A stretch of 64,000 nt of DNA from Rebecca billardiae RCC1528. Taxonomy: Eukaryota > Protista > Haptophyta. A program made the position numbers and the translations under genes. Shown here one piece after another: positions 50,263 to 62,916 of the stretch. The first letter of the stretch is position 1. Each line of letters starts with the position of its first letter. The DNA lies in contig OZ251234.1 in NCBI GenBank assembly GCA_965240325.2, forward strand, positions 2,170,001 to 2,234,000, read 5' to 3'. The notes under the pieces are model-generated. The model had not been told where the DNA came from, did not search any database, and saw only the letters and a program-made list of their open reading frames with translations.

Positions 50263-50696
50263 TCACTCCTCCTCCTCCGCCTCGCTGCTGTCCGCCTCAG
50301 CGGCGGCGGCGCGGCCGCGGCCGCGGCCGGCGCGGCCGAGCCCACGGCCACGGCCACGGCCGCGGCCGCGGCCGCGGCCGGCGCCGCGCGACGCGACGAG
50401 CAGGACGTAGGCGGGGTGGCTCGCGGCGGTCTGGCGGCGCGCGCGCGTCTGCGCGAGCGAGGTGGACGCGTCGAGCGGCGCCGGCCGCGGCGACGCGGGC
50501 GCGGAGGACAGCGGCCGCTCGGACGGTGCGGAGGGCGAGGGCGGTGTCGCAGTGGGCGCGGACGGGGCCGGCCGCTCGCCTCCGCCGTCTGACGAGCGCG
50601 CGGGCACGGCGGCGGCGGCGGCTGCGGCGGTGGCGGCGGCGGCGGCGGCGGCGGTGGCGGCGTCGGCCGCCGCGGCCGCCGCGGCGGCCGCCGGCG

Positions 50697-50727
<31 letters not shown>

Positions 50728-53251
50728 ACGCCCGCGCCCACGGCCGCGGCCGCGGCCCGTCGTGGAGACGGAGGCGATGGAGCCCACGCCCACGCCCGCG
50801 CCCGCGGCCGGCGCGGCCGGCGCGGCGGCGGCGGCGGGCTCCGATTCGCTCGAGCCCGCGGCGGCGGCGGCGGCGGCGGCGTCGGCGGCGGCGTCGGCAG
50901 CGCTGCGCCGTCGCTTGCGCGACGGCGCCGCGGCCGCCGGCTGCGGCGCGGGCGCGGGCGGCGGCGGCGGCGCGCCCGGCGCCGCCAGCCCCCAGAGCGC
51001 CAGCATGGGCGCAGGCAGCGCCTCTGTGCGGCAGCGGCGGCAGCAGCGGCGGCAGCAGCGGGGGCGGAGGGGCGGGGCGGCAGCGGGCGCAGGGGACAGG
51101 GGGTCAGCCCGCGTACCGTGCGCCGGGCCGCTGGCGCGGGGCGAACGAGGCGGCGCGGGCTCCCCCCCAGGGATAGGGTTCGGGTTGCTCCCCCCCAGGG
51201 GCGGCAGCAGCCGCAGCAGCGCCGCACAGCCCGCGCGCGGCACGGCGCCAGACAAAGGCCAAGGCGGCCGCCGCGCTGCGCCGCGCGCCCCAGGCCCCCG
51301 GGCCGGGCGCGGGTTGGGGGTCAGGGTTCGGGTTGGCGCGCCGTGCAGGAGGCGGAGGCGCACCGAGAGGGTGGCACACGCGGCCGTGGTACAGCACCAA
51401 GTTCATGTGCTCGCGGCAGGAGGCGTGCAGGATCACTGCGACAAGGGCGCCGTACTCGCCGCCGATCGAGCCGGGGGCGGGCGCCGCGGCGGCGTCGGCG
51501 GCGTCGGGCTCGGGGGCGCACGCGGGCGGCGCGGGCGCGGACGCGCCCGCGGCGCCGACGGCCGACGGCCCCACGGCCGGCGGCGGCAGCGCGAGCGCGG
51601 GCGGCCCGCCCGCCGGCAGCGGCGGCAGCGCGGCGGCGGCCGCGGCGCCGCGGCCGCCGCCGCGGCCGCGGCCGCGGCCGCGGCCGCGGCCCGCCGACAC
51701 GGCCGCGGCCGCGGCTGAGGGCCAGCCACCGCCGCGGCCGCGCGCCGCCGCCTCGTAAGCCGTGCGCGCGGCGGCGGCGGCGGCGGCCGAGGCGGCGGCG
51801 GCCGCGGCCGCCGCCATGTTGGCCGCGGCCGCCGCGTTCGCCGCCGCGGCCGTGGGCGAGGACGGCTCGATCGGCTGCGGGGGCGGGCAGGGAGGCGGGC
51901 GGGCGGGCGGGCGGGCGCGTGTCGCGCTGAGCGCGGCGCACTCTCCCCGTCCCCAGCTCAGGCGCCAGCCATCGGGCCGGGGCCCGCCGCCGGCCGCGCG
52001 AGCGCGCGTCCGAGGCGGCAGCTGCTGGCCCCGCCGCGTGCGCGCGCGCACCGCCCGGCCCGACCGGTCCGGCCGGGACGCACCGGGCCACTTTGCGCGC
52101 GCGCCCGCCCGCCCGTGCGCGCCCGCCCGTGCGCGCGCGTGCGTGCGCCCTGGCTGTGCCGTGCCGCGCCTGTGTTCGGGCGAGGTGTTCGGCTGAGGTG
52201 TTCGGGCGAGTGGCGCGCGCGCGGGGCTGGCTCACCTTGGGCATGATGCGCGTGAAGCGCTGCGAGGACGGCATGCGCTCGTCCACAATCAGCAGGCAGA
52301 GGCGGAAGTGCGAGGCGATGGTCTCCATCGCGAAGCCGTCGGCCCAGACGCAGTTGCGCCCGCCCACCTTGCGCCCCATCAGCCGCACCTTGTCCCGCAG
52401 CTGCTGCAGACTCTCCACGCCGGCCATGAAGCCAAAGCCCTCCGCGCGCTGCCCGTGCAGCAGCCGGTACATCGAGAACGTCTCGACCGACATGGACTCG
52501 GCGACGACGTTGCGCAGCATGTCCACGCTGCGGGGGCGGGGGGCGGGGGGGCGGCGAGGGGAGGGGCGGGTCGGGGGCGCAGCGGACGCGCCGTCCGCCC
52601 GCCCGCCCGGCGCGCGCCCATCCATCCGCACACACACCCCGCGCGCGGCGCCCGCGGGCGCCCCGCCCTCCGGTGCGCGCGCGCCGTGCGCGCTGCGGGT
52701 CCGGCGGCGCACCCGCGCGCGCGCGCGTGCACCCCAGCGGCGTGCAGTGCGCCCCGCCTGCAGCGCGTGTGCACCCCCGTGCCGTGCCCCCGCGCCTGCC
52801 CCTGCGCCCGCCCCTGTGCCCGCGGCTGGGTGGCCCACCTGATGAAGTAGTACCCAAGCTCCTTGAGCGCGAGCTGCACGGCCTCGTAGAAGCAGTCGCC
52901 CGAGGCCTCGGTGTACCGCACCGACACGCCCGGGTCGTTGCCCAGCCGCGCGCGCACCGCCGACGTGCGGCTCATCAGCATGTCCGTCGAGCCCGACGGC
53001 GGCGCGGTCGCGGACGCCGACGCGGCGGCCGCGACGATCGGCCGTGGCTCCGAGTCGTCGTCGTACTCGTCGTCGTCGTCGGGCTGGGCGGCGCGCGCGG
53101 CGGTGGAGATGGAGCGGCTCCCGCCGCCCTCGGCCGCGCCCACGCCCGAGCCCGCCTCCGCCGCCGACACGGCGCGCGGCCTGCCCTTGGCGGCGGCGGC
53201 GCCGCCCGCCGCGCGCGGCGCGCGCGCCGACGTCGCGGCCGCGGCGGGCAT
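50263..53251 (-). CDS. OTU-like cysteine protease/deubiquitinase with RG-rich low-complexity regions. Exons (minus) 53251-52839, 52527-52236, 51874-51364, 51023-50263; start codon uncertain
   Basis: Cys loop EASGDCFYEAV, LRNVVAE, WADGFAME, His loop VILHASCREHMNLV. Three phase-compatible GT-AG introns: 52528-52838, 51875-52235, 51024-51363. Confidence 0.72.
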
Positions 53252-53765
53252 CGCGGGCACGGCGGCGCGTGCGCGCGGTATGGTGGCGGCCGTGCGGAGC
53301 GCGGCGCGAGCGCCACGCAGCCTCTCGTCCGCCGCCCGCCCCTCGCCGCCCTCGCGACGCGCGGACGCTCGCGCCCGCCGGCCGCGGGGTGTGTGTGGCG
53401 CGGCGTGGGGTCGGCCGCAGCCCCAGCCACAAAGCTCACGCCCGCAAAGGGCCCTGGCCGGGTGGCGGCCAGACTTGCCCGTGTGCCGTCGTCGGGCGCC
53501 GGCTGCCGCTCGGACGACGCCGTTTCGGAACATCATCGTCGCCGCGCGATGATCGCCAATAATAGCGCGCACGGACGCCGGACCGAATGTCCGGATGACC
53601 ATATATCGGCGATTGATGTGCCAGCCAATCATTGATGGTCCTTTGCCCGACCGTCCGGACCCGCGTCAGCCTCACTCAGCCTCCAATCACCGGACTCTGG
53701 GCGCCCGCCAGGGCCGGACTTTTGGGCATGGCTCAGTCCTCACCCAGCACGGCGATGGCGGCCGA

Positions 53766-54941
53766 ATGCTCGTGCGCCCCGAGGATGTGCGTGTGCGCGA
53801 GCAGATCGGCGAGGGCGCGTACGCGCAGGTGGTCGCGTGCACCCTCGCCGGCGCGCCTGAACGCCTCGCGCTCAAGGCCGTGCGCCTCGTCGACGCCGCC
53901 GCGCGCGACGCGCTGCGCGCCGAGCGCGAGGCGCTGCGCGCGTGCGCGGCGCCGCCGTGCGCGCACGTCGTGCGGCTGCACGCGGCGTTCGTCGACGGCG
54001 AGCTGGGCTGCCTCGTGCTCGAGCTGTGCGCGCGCGGCGACCTCCGCGCCGCCATCCGCGCCGCGCCGCGCGGCCACCTCGGCCTGCGCTGCGCGCGCAC
54101 GCTGTGCGCCGAGCTGTGCGCCGCGCTCGCACACGTGCACCGCGCGCGCTGGGCGCACGGCGACGTGAAGCCGGCCAACGTGGGCCTGCGCGCGAGCGGG
54201 CACGCCGTGCTCCTCGACTTTGGCAGCGCCGCGCCGCTCGACGCGGGCGACGCCCGCCCGTGCCGCCGCCGCCACCTGCCCGGCACCGCCGCGTTCGCGC
54301 CGCCCGAGCTGTGCGCCGCTGAGAGCGCGGCCGCGCACGGCGGGCGCGCGGGCGACGTGTGGGGCGCGGGGTGCGCGCTGTACGCCATGCTGGCCGGCGC
54401 GGGTGGCGCCTCGCCCTTCGAAGGCGCGGCGCGCGCGGTGGATGGCGGTGGTGCCGACGCCGCCGACGCCGCCGACGCCGACGCCGCCGACGGCGGCCGC
54501 GCGGCGGAGGCGCGCGTGCTCGCGCGCGCGGCGCGCGGCGCGTACGCGTGGCCTGCCGGCGCGGAGGCGCGCGTCGGCGCCGCGGCGGTCGACTGCGTGC
54601 GGCGCATGCTCGCGGTCGACCCGGCCGCGCGGCTGGGCGCGCTCGGAGGCGACCGCGAGGAGCCGAGCGCGCCGGGCCCACGCGGGGCTGGCCCGCGCGA
54701 CACCCCGGCGCGGCCGGCCGCCGTTCCCGCGGCCGCGCCGCCGGCCGCCGAGCAGCGGCCGCGTCCTGGTCGGCCCGAGTCCGCTGAGCCGCACGGCGGC
54801 GCGGCGGACGGCCTCGGGCGCGGGCGCGACGACCCGGGCGCGTGGGTGGAGGCGCTGGGCGCGCACGCCTTCTTCGCACCGCTGCCCGCGCCGTTCGCGC
54901 AGCTGCACGCGCTGCGGGCGCCCGAGCTGGACGAGGCGTAG
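53766..54941 (+). CDS. Ser/Thr protein kinase (intronless, non-RD, loosely AGC/PDK1-like)
   Basis: IGEGAYAQV, ALK, HGDVKPAN, DFG, GTAAFAPPE, DVWGAG, PAARLG, HAFF. Confidence 0.88.
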   Translation: MLVRPEDVRVREQIGEGAYAQVVACTLAGAPERLALKAVRLVDAAARDALRAEREALRACAAPPCAHVVRLHAAFVDGELGCLVLELCARGDLRAAIRAAPRGHLGLRCARTLCAELCAALAHVHRARWAHGDVKPANVGLRASGHAVLLDFGSAAPLDAGDARPCRRRHLPGTAAFAPPELCAAESAAAHGGRAGDVWGAGCALYAMLAGAGGASPFEGAARAVDGGGADAADAADADAADGGRAAEARVLARAARGAYAWPAGAEARVGAAAVDCVRRMLAVDPAARLGALGGDREEPSAPGPRGAGPRDTPARPAAVPAAAPPAAEQRPRPGRPESAEPHGGAADGLGRGRDDPGAWVEALGAHAFFAPLPAPFAQLHALRAPELDEA

Positions 54942-55329
54942 CGTACCGGTAGCGCAGCGGGTTGGGAATCGGTGAATCGCCGTTGTGCGGGTAGCTTCTC
55001 CTTCTGGTCAGTGCGTCGATATTGGACTGACACCCTCATTTACCGCTATCATAAACCGCCACGTCAATAATGGGTCGCAAGCGCCCAACAGGTTTTCGAC
55101 GGGCTGGCCAATTATGGGAAAGAGAACTTGAGACGTTGAGGCCGTACGGGTACCTTGTTGAGACGTGGTCAGACTTTCGACTGACGAGCGGCGTCCGGTA
55201 CCCGCACATAGACTGACGGAGAGCACCCGCGCGCGCGCCGTCGCAGAGGGTTATTCTTAGCTCGCCCTTCTTCGCACGGGGCCACAACGCGCGATGCTCG
55301 CCCCGCGCCACCGAGGGCGCGAGCGAGCC

Positions 55330-58300
55330 ATGGCGCGGGCCGCGGCGTCCGCCGCGGTGCTGATCCTTGCCGCTTGCGTGCCCGACCTGCGCTCCCTCAC
55401 CTTCCCGCCGCCGCCGTCCCGCGCCTCCTGCGCGGGGACGGCTGCCGCCGGTGCGGAGGCCCTGCCCGCGCCTTTCGGCCGCGCGCTGCGTGCAGGCGGG
55501 CTGAGCGGCGCCGTGTGGCGTGTGCCGTTGGCGCTGACGGTCGCTATGGGGCCTACGCGCCAGACGCCCGCCGCGGGTGCGCTGCTCAGCCTCGCCGCGT
55601 CGGCGGTCATTGGCGCAGCGCCTGCAAGCGCGCAGACGATCAGCCCACCGCCGTTCCCGCCGCCGAGCCCGCCGCCGGGCCCGCCGCCGAGCTCACCGCC
55701 GAGCCCGCCGCCGAGCCCGCCGCCATCACCGCCACCGCCACCCCCCCCGGGCCCGCCGCCGAGCCCGCCGCCGAGCCCGCCGCCGGACCCGCCGCCGAGC
55801 TCACCGCCGAGCCCGCCGCCGAGCCCGCCGCCAAACCCGCCGCCGCCGCCGCAGCCGAGCCCGCCGCCGAGCCCGCCGCCGGACCCGCCGCCGAGCTCAC
55901 CGCCGAGCCCGCCGCCGAGCCCGCCGCCAAACCCGCCGCCGCCGCCGCCGCCGAGCCCGCCGCCGAGCCCGCCGCCGGACCCGCCGCCGAGCTCACCGCC
56001 GAGCCCGCCGCCGAGCCCGCCGCCAAACCCGCCGCCGCCGCCGCAGCCGAGCCCGCCGCCAAGCCCGCCGCCGGACCCGCCGCCGAGCTCACCGCCGAGC
56101 CCGCCGCCGAGCCCGCCGCCAAACCCGCCGCCGCCGCCTCCGCCGAGCCCGCCGCCGAGCCCGCCGCCGGACCCGCCGCCGAGCTCACCGCCGAGCCCGC
56201 CGCCGAGCCCGCCGCCAAACTCGCCGCCGCCGCCGCAGCCGAGCCCACCGCCAAGCCCGCCGCCGGACCCGCCGCCGAGCTCACCGCCGAGCCCGCCGCC
56301 GAGCCCGCCGCCAACACCGCCGCCGCCGCCGCAGCCGAGCCCGCCGCCAAGCCCGCCGCCGGACCCGCCGCCGAGCTCACCGCCGAGCCCGCCGCCGAGC
56401 CCGCCGCCAAACCCGCCGCCGCCTCCGCAGCCGAGCCCGCCGCCAAGCCCGCCGCCAAGCCCGCCGCCGAGCCCGCCGCCCAGCCCGCCGCCAAGCCCGC
56501 CGCCAAGCCCGCCGCCGAGCCCGCCGCCGAGCTCGCCGCCGAGCCCTCCGCCGGACCCGCCGCCGAACCCACCCCCGAGCCCGCCGCCAAGCTCACCGCC
56601 GAGCCCGCCGCCGAGCCCGCCGCCGCCGCCGCCGCCCCCGCCGCCCCCGCCGCCGCCCCCGCCGCCCCCCCCGCCGCCGCCCCCGCCGCCCCCCCCGCCG
56701 CCGCCGCCGAGCCCGCCGCCGAGCCCACCACCGTCGCCACCACCACTGCCGCCACCACCGAGCCCACCGCCGCCAAGTCCGCCGCCGCCAAGCCCACCGC
56801 CACCGAGCCCGCCGCCGCCGAGCCCGCCGCCACCGAGCCCGCCGCCGCCGAGCCCGCCGCCGCCGAGCCCGCCGCCGCCGAGCCCGCCACCGCCGGTGCC
56901 GCCGCCGCCCAGCCCGCCGCCGCCGAGCCCGCCGCCGCCGAGCCCACCGCCGCCCAGCCCGCCGCCGCCCAGCCCGCCGCCACCAGTGCCGCCGCCGCCG
57001 AGCCCGCCGCCGCCGAGCCCTCCGCCACCGAGCCCGCCGCCGCCGAGCCCGCCGCCGCCGGTCCCGCCGCCGCCGAGCCCGCCGCCGCCGAGCCCGCCGC
57101 CGCCGAGCCCACCGCCGCCGAGCCCGCCGCCGCCGGTGCCGCCGCCACCGAGCCCACCGCCGCCGGTGCCGCCGCCGCCGAGCCCGCCGCCACCGAGCCC
57201 GCCGCCGCCGAGCCCACCGCCGCCGGTGCCGCCGCCGCCGAGCCCGCCGCCGCCGGTGCCGCCGCCGCCGAGCCCGCCGCCGCCGAGCCCGCCACCGCCG
57301 GTGCCGCCGCCGCCCAGCCCGCCGCCGCCGAGCCCGCCGCCGCCGAGCCCACCGCCGCCCAGCCCGCCGCCGCCCAGCCCGCCGCCACCAGTGCCGCCGC
57401 CGCCGAGCCCGCCGCCGCCGAGCCCTCCGCCACCGAGCCCGCCGCCGCCGAGCCCGCCACCGCCGGTGCCGCCGCCGCCCAGCCCGCCGCCGCCGAGCCC
57501 GCCGCCGCCGAGCCCACCGCCGCCCAGCCCGCCGCCGCCCAGCCCGCCGCCACCAGTGCCGCCGCCGCCGAGCCCGCCGCCGCCGAGCCCTCCGCCACCG
57601 AGCCCGCCGCCGCCGAGCCCGCCGCCGCCGGTCCCGCCGCCGCCGAGCCCGCCGCCGCCGGTGCCGCCGCCGCCCAGCCCGCCGCCGCCGAGCCCGCCGC
57701 CGCCGAGCCCACCGCCGCCCAGCCCGCCGCCGCCCAGCCCGCCGCCACCAGTGCCGCCGCCGCCGAGCCCGCCGCCGCCGAGCCCTCCGCCACCGAGCCC
57801 GCCGCCGCCGAGCCCGCCGCCGCCGGTCCCGCCGCCGCCGAGCCCGCCGCCGCCGAGCCCGCCGCCGCCGGTGCCGCCGCCACCGAGCCCACCGCCGCCG
57901 GTGCCGCCGCCGCCGAGTCCGCCGCCGCCGAGCCCGCCGCCGCCAAGCCCACCGCCGCCCAGCCCGCCACCGCCCAGCCCGCCGCCGCCGAGCCCACCGC
58001 CACCATCATCGCCACCTCTGCCGCCGCCGCCAAGTCCGCCACCGCCAAGCCCTCCGCCACCCAGTCCACCACCGCCGAGCCCGCCGCCGCCGAGCCCACC
58101 GCCACCGCTGCCGCCCCCAAGCCCGCCACCGCCGAGCCCGCCGCCGCCGAGCCCGCCGCCGCCGAGCCCACCGCCGCCGAGCCCTCCGCCGCCGAGCCCA
58201 CCGCCACCGATGCCCCCACCGAGCCCGCCGCCGCCCAGTCCGCCGCCGCCAAGCCCGCCGCCGCCGAGCCCGCCGCCACCGAGCCCGCCGCCACCGAGCC

Positions 58301-61300
58301 CGCCGCCGCCCAGCCCGCCACCGCCGAGCCCGCCACCGCCGTTGCCACCGCCGAGCCCGCCGCCTCCAAGCCCGCCGCCTCCTAGCCCGCCGCCGCCCAG
58401 CCCGCCACCACCCAGCCCGCCTCCGCCCAGCCCACCACCGCCGTTGCCGCCGCCGAGCCCGCCGCCTCCGAGCCCGCCGCCGCCTAGCCCACCGCCGCCG
58501 AGCCCACCGCCACCGAGCCCGCCGCCGCCCAGCCCGCCACCGCCGTTGCCACCGCCGAGCCCGCCGCCTCCGAGCCCGCCGCCACCGAGCCCGCCACCAC
58601 CGAGCCCGCCGCCGCCCAGCCCGCCACCGCCGAGCCCGCCACCGCCGTTGCCACCGCCGAGCCCGCCGCCTCCGAGCCCGCCGCCGCCGAGCCCGCCGCC
58701 ACCGAGCCCGCCGCCGCCCAGCCCGCCACCGCCGAGCCCGCCACCGCCGTTGCCACCGCCGAGCCCGCCGCCTCCGAGCCCGCCGCCGCCGAGCCCGCCA
58801 CCGCCGAGCCCGCCGCCGCCGAGCCCGCCGCCGCCGAGCCCACCGCCGCCGAGCCCTCCGCCGCCGAGCCCACCGCCACCGATGCCCCCACCGAGCCCGC
58901 CGCCGCCCAGTCCGCCGCCGCCAAGCCCGCCGCCGCCGAGCCCGCCGCCACCGAGCCCGCCGCCACCGAGCCCGCCGCCGCCCAGCCCGCCACCGCCGAG
59001 CCCGCCACCGCCGTTGCCACCGCCGAGCCCGCCGCCTCCAAGCCCGCCGCCTCCTAGCCCGCCGCCGCCCAGCCCGCCACCACCCAGCCCGCCTCCGCCC
59101 AGCCCACCACCGCCGTTGCCGCCGCCGAGCCCGCCGCCTCCGAGCCCGCCGCCGCCTAGCCCACCGCCGCCGAGCCCACCGCCACCGAGCCCGCCGCCGC
59201 CCAGCCCGCCACCGCCGTTGCCACCGCCGAGCCCGCCGCCTCCGAGCCCGCCGCCACCGAGCCCGCCACCACCGAGCCCGCCGCCGCCCAGCCCGCCACC
59301 GCCGAGCCCGCCACCGCCGTTGCCACCGCCGAGCCCGCCGCCTCCGAGCCCGCCGCCGCCGAGCCCGCCGCCACCGAGCCCGCCGCCGCCCAGCCCGCCA
59401 CCGCCGAGCCCGCCACCGCCGTTGCCACCGCCGAGCCCGCCGCCTCCAAGCCCGCCGCCGCCGAGCCCGCCGCCACCGAGCCCGCCGCCGCCCAGCCCGC
59501 CACCGCCGAGCCCGCCACCGCCGTTGCCACCGCCGAGCCCGCCGCCTCCGAGCCCGCCGCCACCGAGCCCGCCGCCACCGAGCCCGCCGCCGCCCAGCCC
59601 GCCACCGCCGAGCCCGCCACCGCCGTTGCCACCGCCGAGCCCGCCGCCTCCGAGCCCGCCGCCACCGAGCCCGCCGCCACCGAGCCCGCCGCCGCCCAGC
59701 CCGCCACCGCCCAGCCCGCCACCGCCGTTGCCACCGCCGAGCCCGCCGCCTCCGAGCCCGCCGCCTCCTAGCCCACCGCCGCCGAGCCCACCGCCACCGA
59801 GCCCGCCGCCGCCGAGCCCACCGCCACCGCTGCCGCCGCCCAGCCCGCCGCCGCCCAGCCCGCCTCCGCCCAGCCCGCCACCACCGAGCCCACCGCCGCC
59901 GCTGCCGCCGCCCAGCCCGCCGCCGCCCAGCCCGCCGCCACCAAGCCCGCCACCGCCGAGCCCACCGCCACCGCTGCCGCCGCCCAGCCCGCCGCCACCC
60001 AGCCCGCCGCCGCCCAGCCCGCCGCCGCCCAGCCCGCCTCCGCCCAGCCCGCCACCGCCGAGCCCACCGCCGCCGCTGCCGCCGCCTAGCCCGCCGCCGC
60101 CCAGCCCGCCGCCACCAAGCCCGCCACCGCCGAGCCCACCGCCGCCGCTGCCGCCGCCCAGCCCGCCGCCACCCAGCCCGCCGCCGCCCAGCCCGCCGCC
60201 GCCAAGCCCACCGCCACCGCTGCCGCCGCCCAGCCCGCCGCCACCCAGCCCCCCGCCGCCCAGCCCGCCACCGCCGAGCCCGCCACCGCCGCTGCCGCCT
60301 CCGCCGCCGCCGTCGCCGCCGCCCAGCCCGCCGCCCAGCCCGCCGCCCAGCCCGCCGCCGCCGAGCCCGCCGCCGCCAAGCCCGCCGCCACCGAGCCCGC
60401 CGCCTCCCAGCCCGCCGCCACCGAGCTCGCCGCCACCGCCACCTCCGTCGCCGCCGCCGAGCCCGCCTCCGAGCGCGCCGCCGAGCCCGCCGCCCAGCCC
60501 GCCGCCGCCGAGCCCGCCGCCACCCAGCCCACCGCCGCCGAGTCCGCCGCCACCCAGCCCACCGCCGCCGAGTCCGCCGCCGCCGCCCCCGCCGTCGCCG
60601 CCGCCCAGCCCACCTCCGAGCCCGCCTCCGAGCCCGCCGCCCAGCCCACCGCCCAGCCCGCCGCCGCCCAGCCCGCCGCCACCCAGCCCACCGCCGCCGA
60701 GTCCGCCGCCACCCAGCCCACCGCCGCCGAGTCCGCCGCCGCCGCCCCCGCCGTCGCCGCCGCCCAGCCCACCTCCGAGCCCGCCGCCCAGCCCACCGCC
60801 CAGCCCGCCGCCACCCAGCCCGCCGCCACCAAGCCCGCCGCCGCCGAGCCCACCGCCACCGCTGCCGCCGCCGAGCCCGCCGCCGCCCAGCCCGCCGCCA
60901 CCCAGCCCGCCACCGCCGAGCCCGCCACCGCCGCTGCCGCCTCCGCCGCCGCCGTCGCCGCCGCCCAGTCCGCCGCCCAGCCCGCCGCCCAGCCCGCCGC
61001 CGCCGAGCCCGCCGCCGCCCAGCCCGCCGCCACCGAGCCCGCCGCCTCCCAGCCCGCCGCCACCGAGCCCGCCGCCACCGCCACCTCCGTCGCCGCCGCC
61101 GAGCCCGCCTCCGAGCGCGCCGCCGAGCCCGCCGCCCAGCCCGCCGCCGCCGAGCCCGCCGCCACCCATCCCACCGCCGCCGAGTCCGCCGCCACCCAGC
61201 CCGCCGCCGCCGAGTCCGCCGCCGCCGCCCCCGCCGTCGCCGCCGCCCAGCCCACCTCCGGGCCCACCTCCGAGCCCGCCGCCCAGCCCACCGCCCAGCC

Positions 61301-61567
61301 CGCCGCCGCCCAGCCCGCCGCCACCCAGCCCACCGCCGCCGAGTCCGCCGCCACCCAGCCCGCCGCCGCCGAGCTCGCCGCCACCGCCTCCGCCGTCGCC
61401 GCCGCCCAGCCCACCTCCGAGCCCGCCGCCGCCGAGCCCGCCGCCACCGAGCCCTCCACCGCCCAGCCCGCCGCCGCCGAGCTCGCCGCCGCCGCCGCCG
61501 CCCTCGCCGCCGCCGAGCCCGCCGCCGAGCCCGCCGCCGAGCCCACCGCCGCCGAGCCCACCGCCGC

Positions 61568-61599
<32 letters not shown>

Positions 61600-62370
61600 A
61601 GCTCGCCGCCGCCACCACCGCCGTCCCCACCACCAAGCCCGCCGCCTTCGCCGCCGCCACCGCCGCCGCCATCCCCGCCGCCGAGTCCGCCGCCAAGCCC
61701 GCCGCCAAGCCCTCCGCCGCCGAGCCCACCGCCGCCAAGCCCACCGCCGCCGAGCCCGCCGCCGCCAAGCCCGCCGCCGCCGAGCTCGCCGCCACCGCCA
61801 CCGCCGTCTCCACCGCCATCCCCGCCGCCCAGCCCGCCGCCGCCTCATCCGCCGCCGCCGCCGCCTCCCACGCCCCCACCCAGCCCGCCGCCGAGCCCGC
61901 CGCCGCCGAGCCCGCCCCCGCCGAGCCCGCCGCCGCCGAGCCCGCCGCCGCCGAGTCCGCCGCCGCCGAGCTCGCCGCCGCCACCACCGCCGTCCCCACC
62001 GCCAAGCCCGCCGCCGTCGCCGCCGCCACCGCCGCCGCCATCCCCGCCGCCGAGTCCGCCGCCACGCCCGCCGCCAAGCCCTCCGCCGCCGAGCCCACCG
62101 CCGCCGAGCCCGCCGCCGCCGAGCCCGCCGCCGCCAAGCCCGCCGCCGCCGAGCTCGCCGCCACCGCCACCGCCGTCTCCACCGCCATCCCCGCCGCCCA
62201 GCCCGCCACCGCCTCATCCGCCGCCGCCGCCGCCTCCCACGCCCCCACCCAGCCCGCCGCCGAGCCCGCCGCCGCCAAGCCCACCGCCGCCGAGCCCGCC
62301 GCCGCCGAGCCCGCCGCCGCCGAGCTCGCCGCCGCCGCCGCCACCGAGCCCGCCGCCGAGCCCGCCGCCG

Positions 62371-62403
<33 letters not shown>

Positions 62404-62541
62404 CCACCCACGCCGCCCCCCAGCCCGCCGCCGAGCCCGCCGCCGCCAAGCCCACCGCCGCCGAGCCCGCCGCCGCCGAGCCCGCCGCCGCCGAGCTCGC
62501 CGCCGCCGCCGCCACCGAGCCCGCCGCCGAGCCCGCCGCCG

Positions 62542-62573
<32 letters not shown>

Positions 62574-62712
62574 ACCTCCAACGCCGCCCCCCAGCCCGCC
62601 GCCGAGCCCGCCGCCGCCAAGCCCACCGCCGCCGAGCCCGCCGCCGCCGAGCCCGCCGCCGCCGAGCTCGCCGCCGCCGCCGCCACCGAGCCCGCCGCCG
62701 AGCCCGCCGCCG

Positions 62713-62745
<33 letters not shown>

Positions 62746-62884
62746 CCACCCACGCCGCCTCCGAGCCCGCCGCCGAGCCCGCCGCCGCCGAGGCCGCCGC
62801 CGCCGAGCCCACCGCCGCCGAGCCCGCCGCCGCCGAGCTCGCCGCCGCCGCCGCCGCCTTCGCCGCCGCCGAGCCCGCCGCCGC

Positions 62885-62916
<32 letters not shown>

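Noticed and set aside
55040-55070. AAACCGCCACGTC resembling the AACGCCAC|GTC junction of the tandem element
   Set aside because: Match is only ~10 bp with no hairpin or flanking homology; probably chance.
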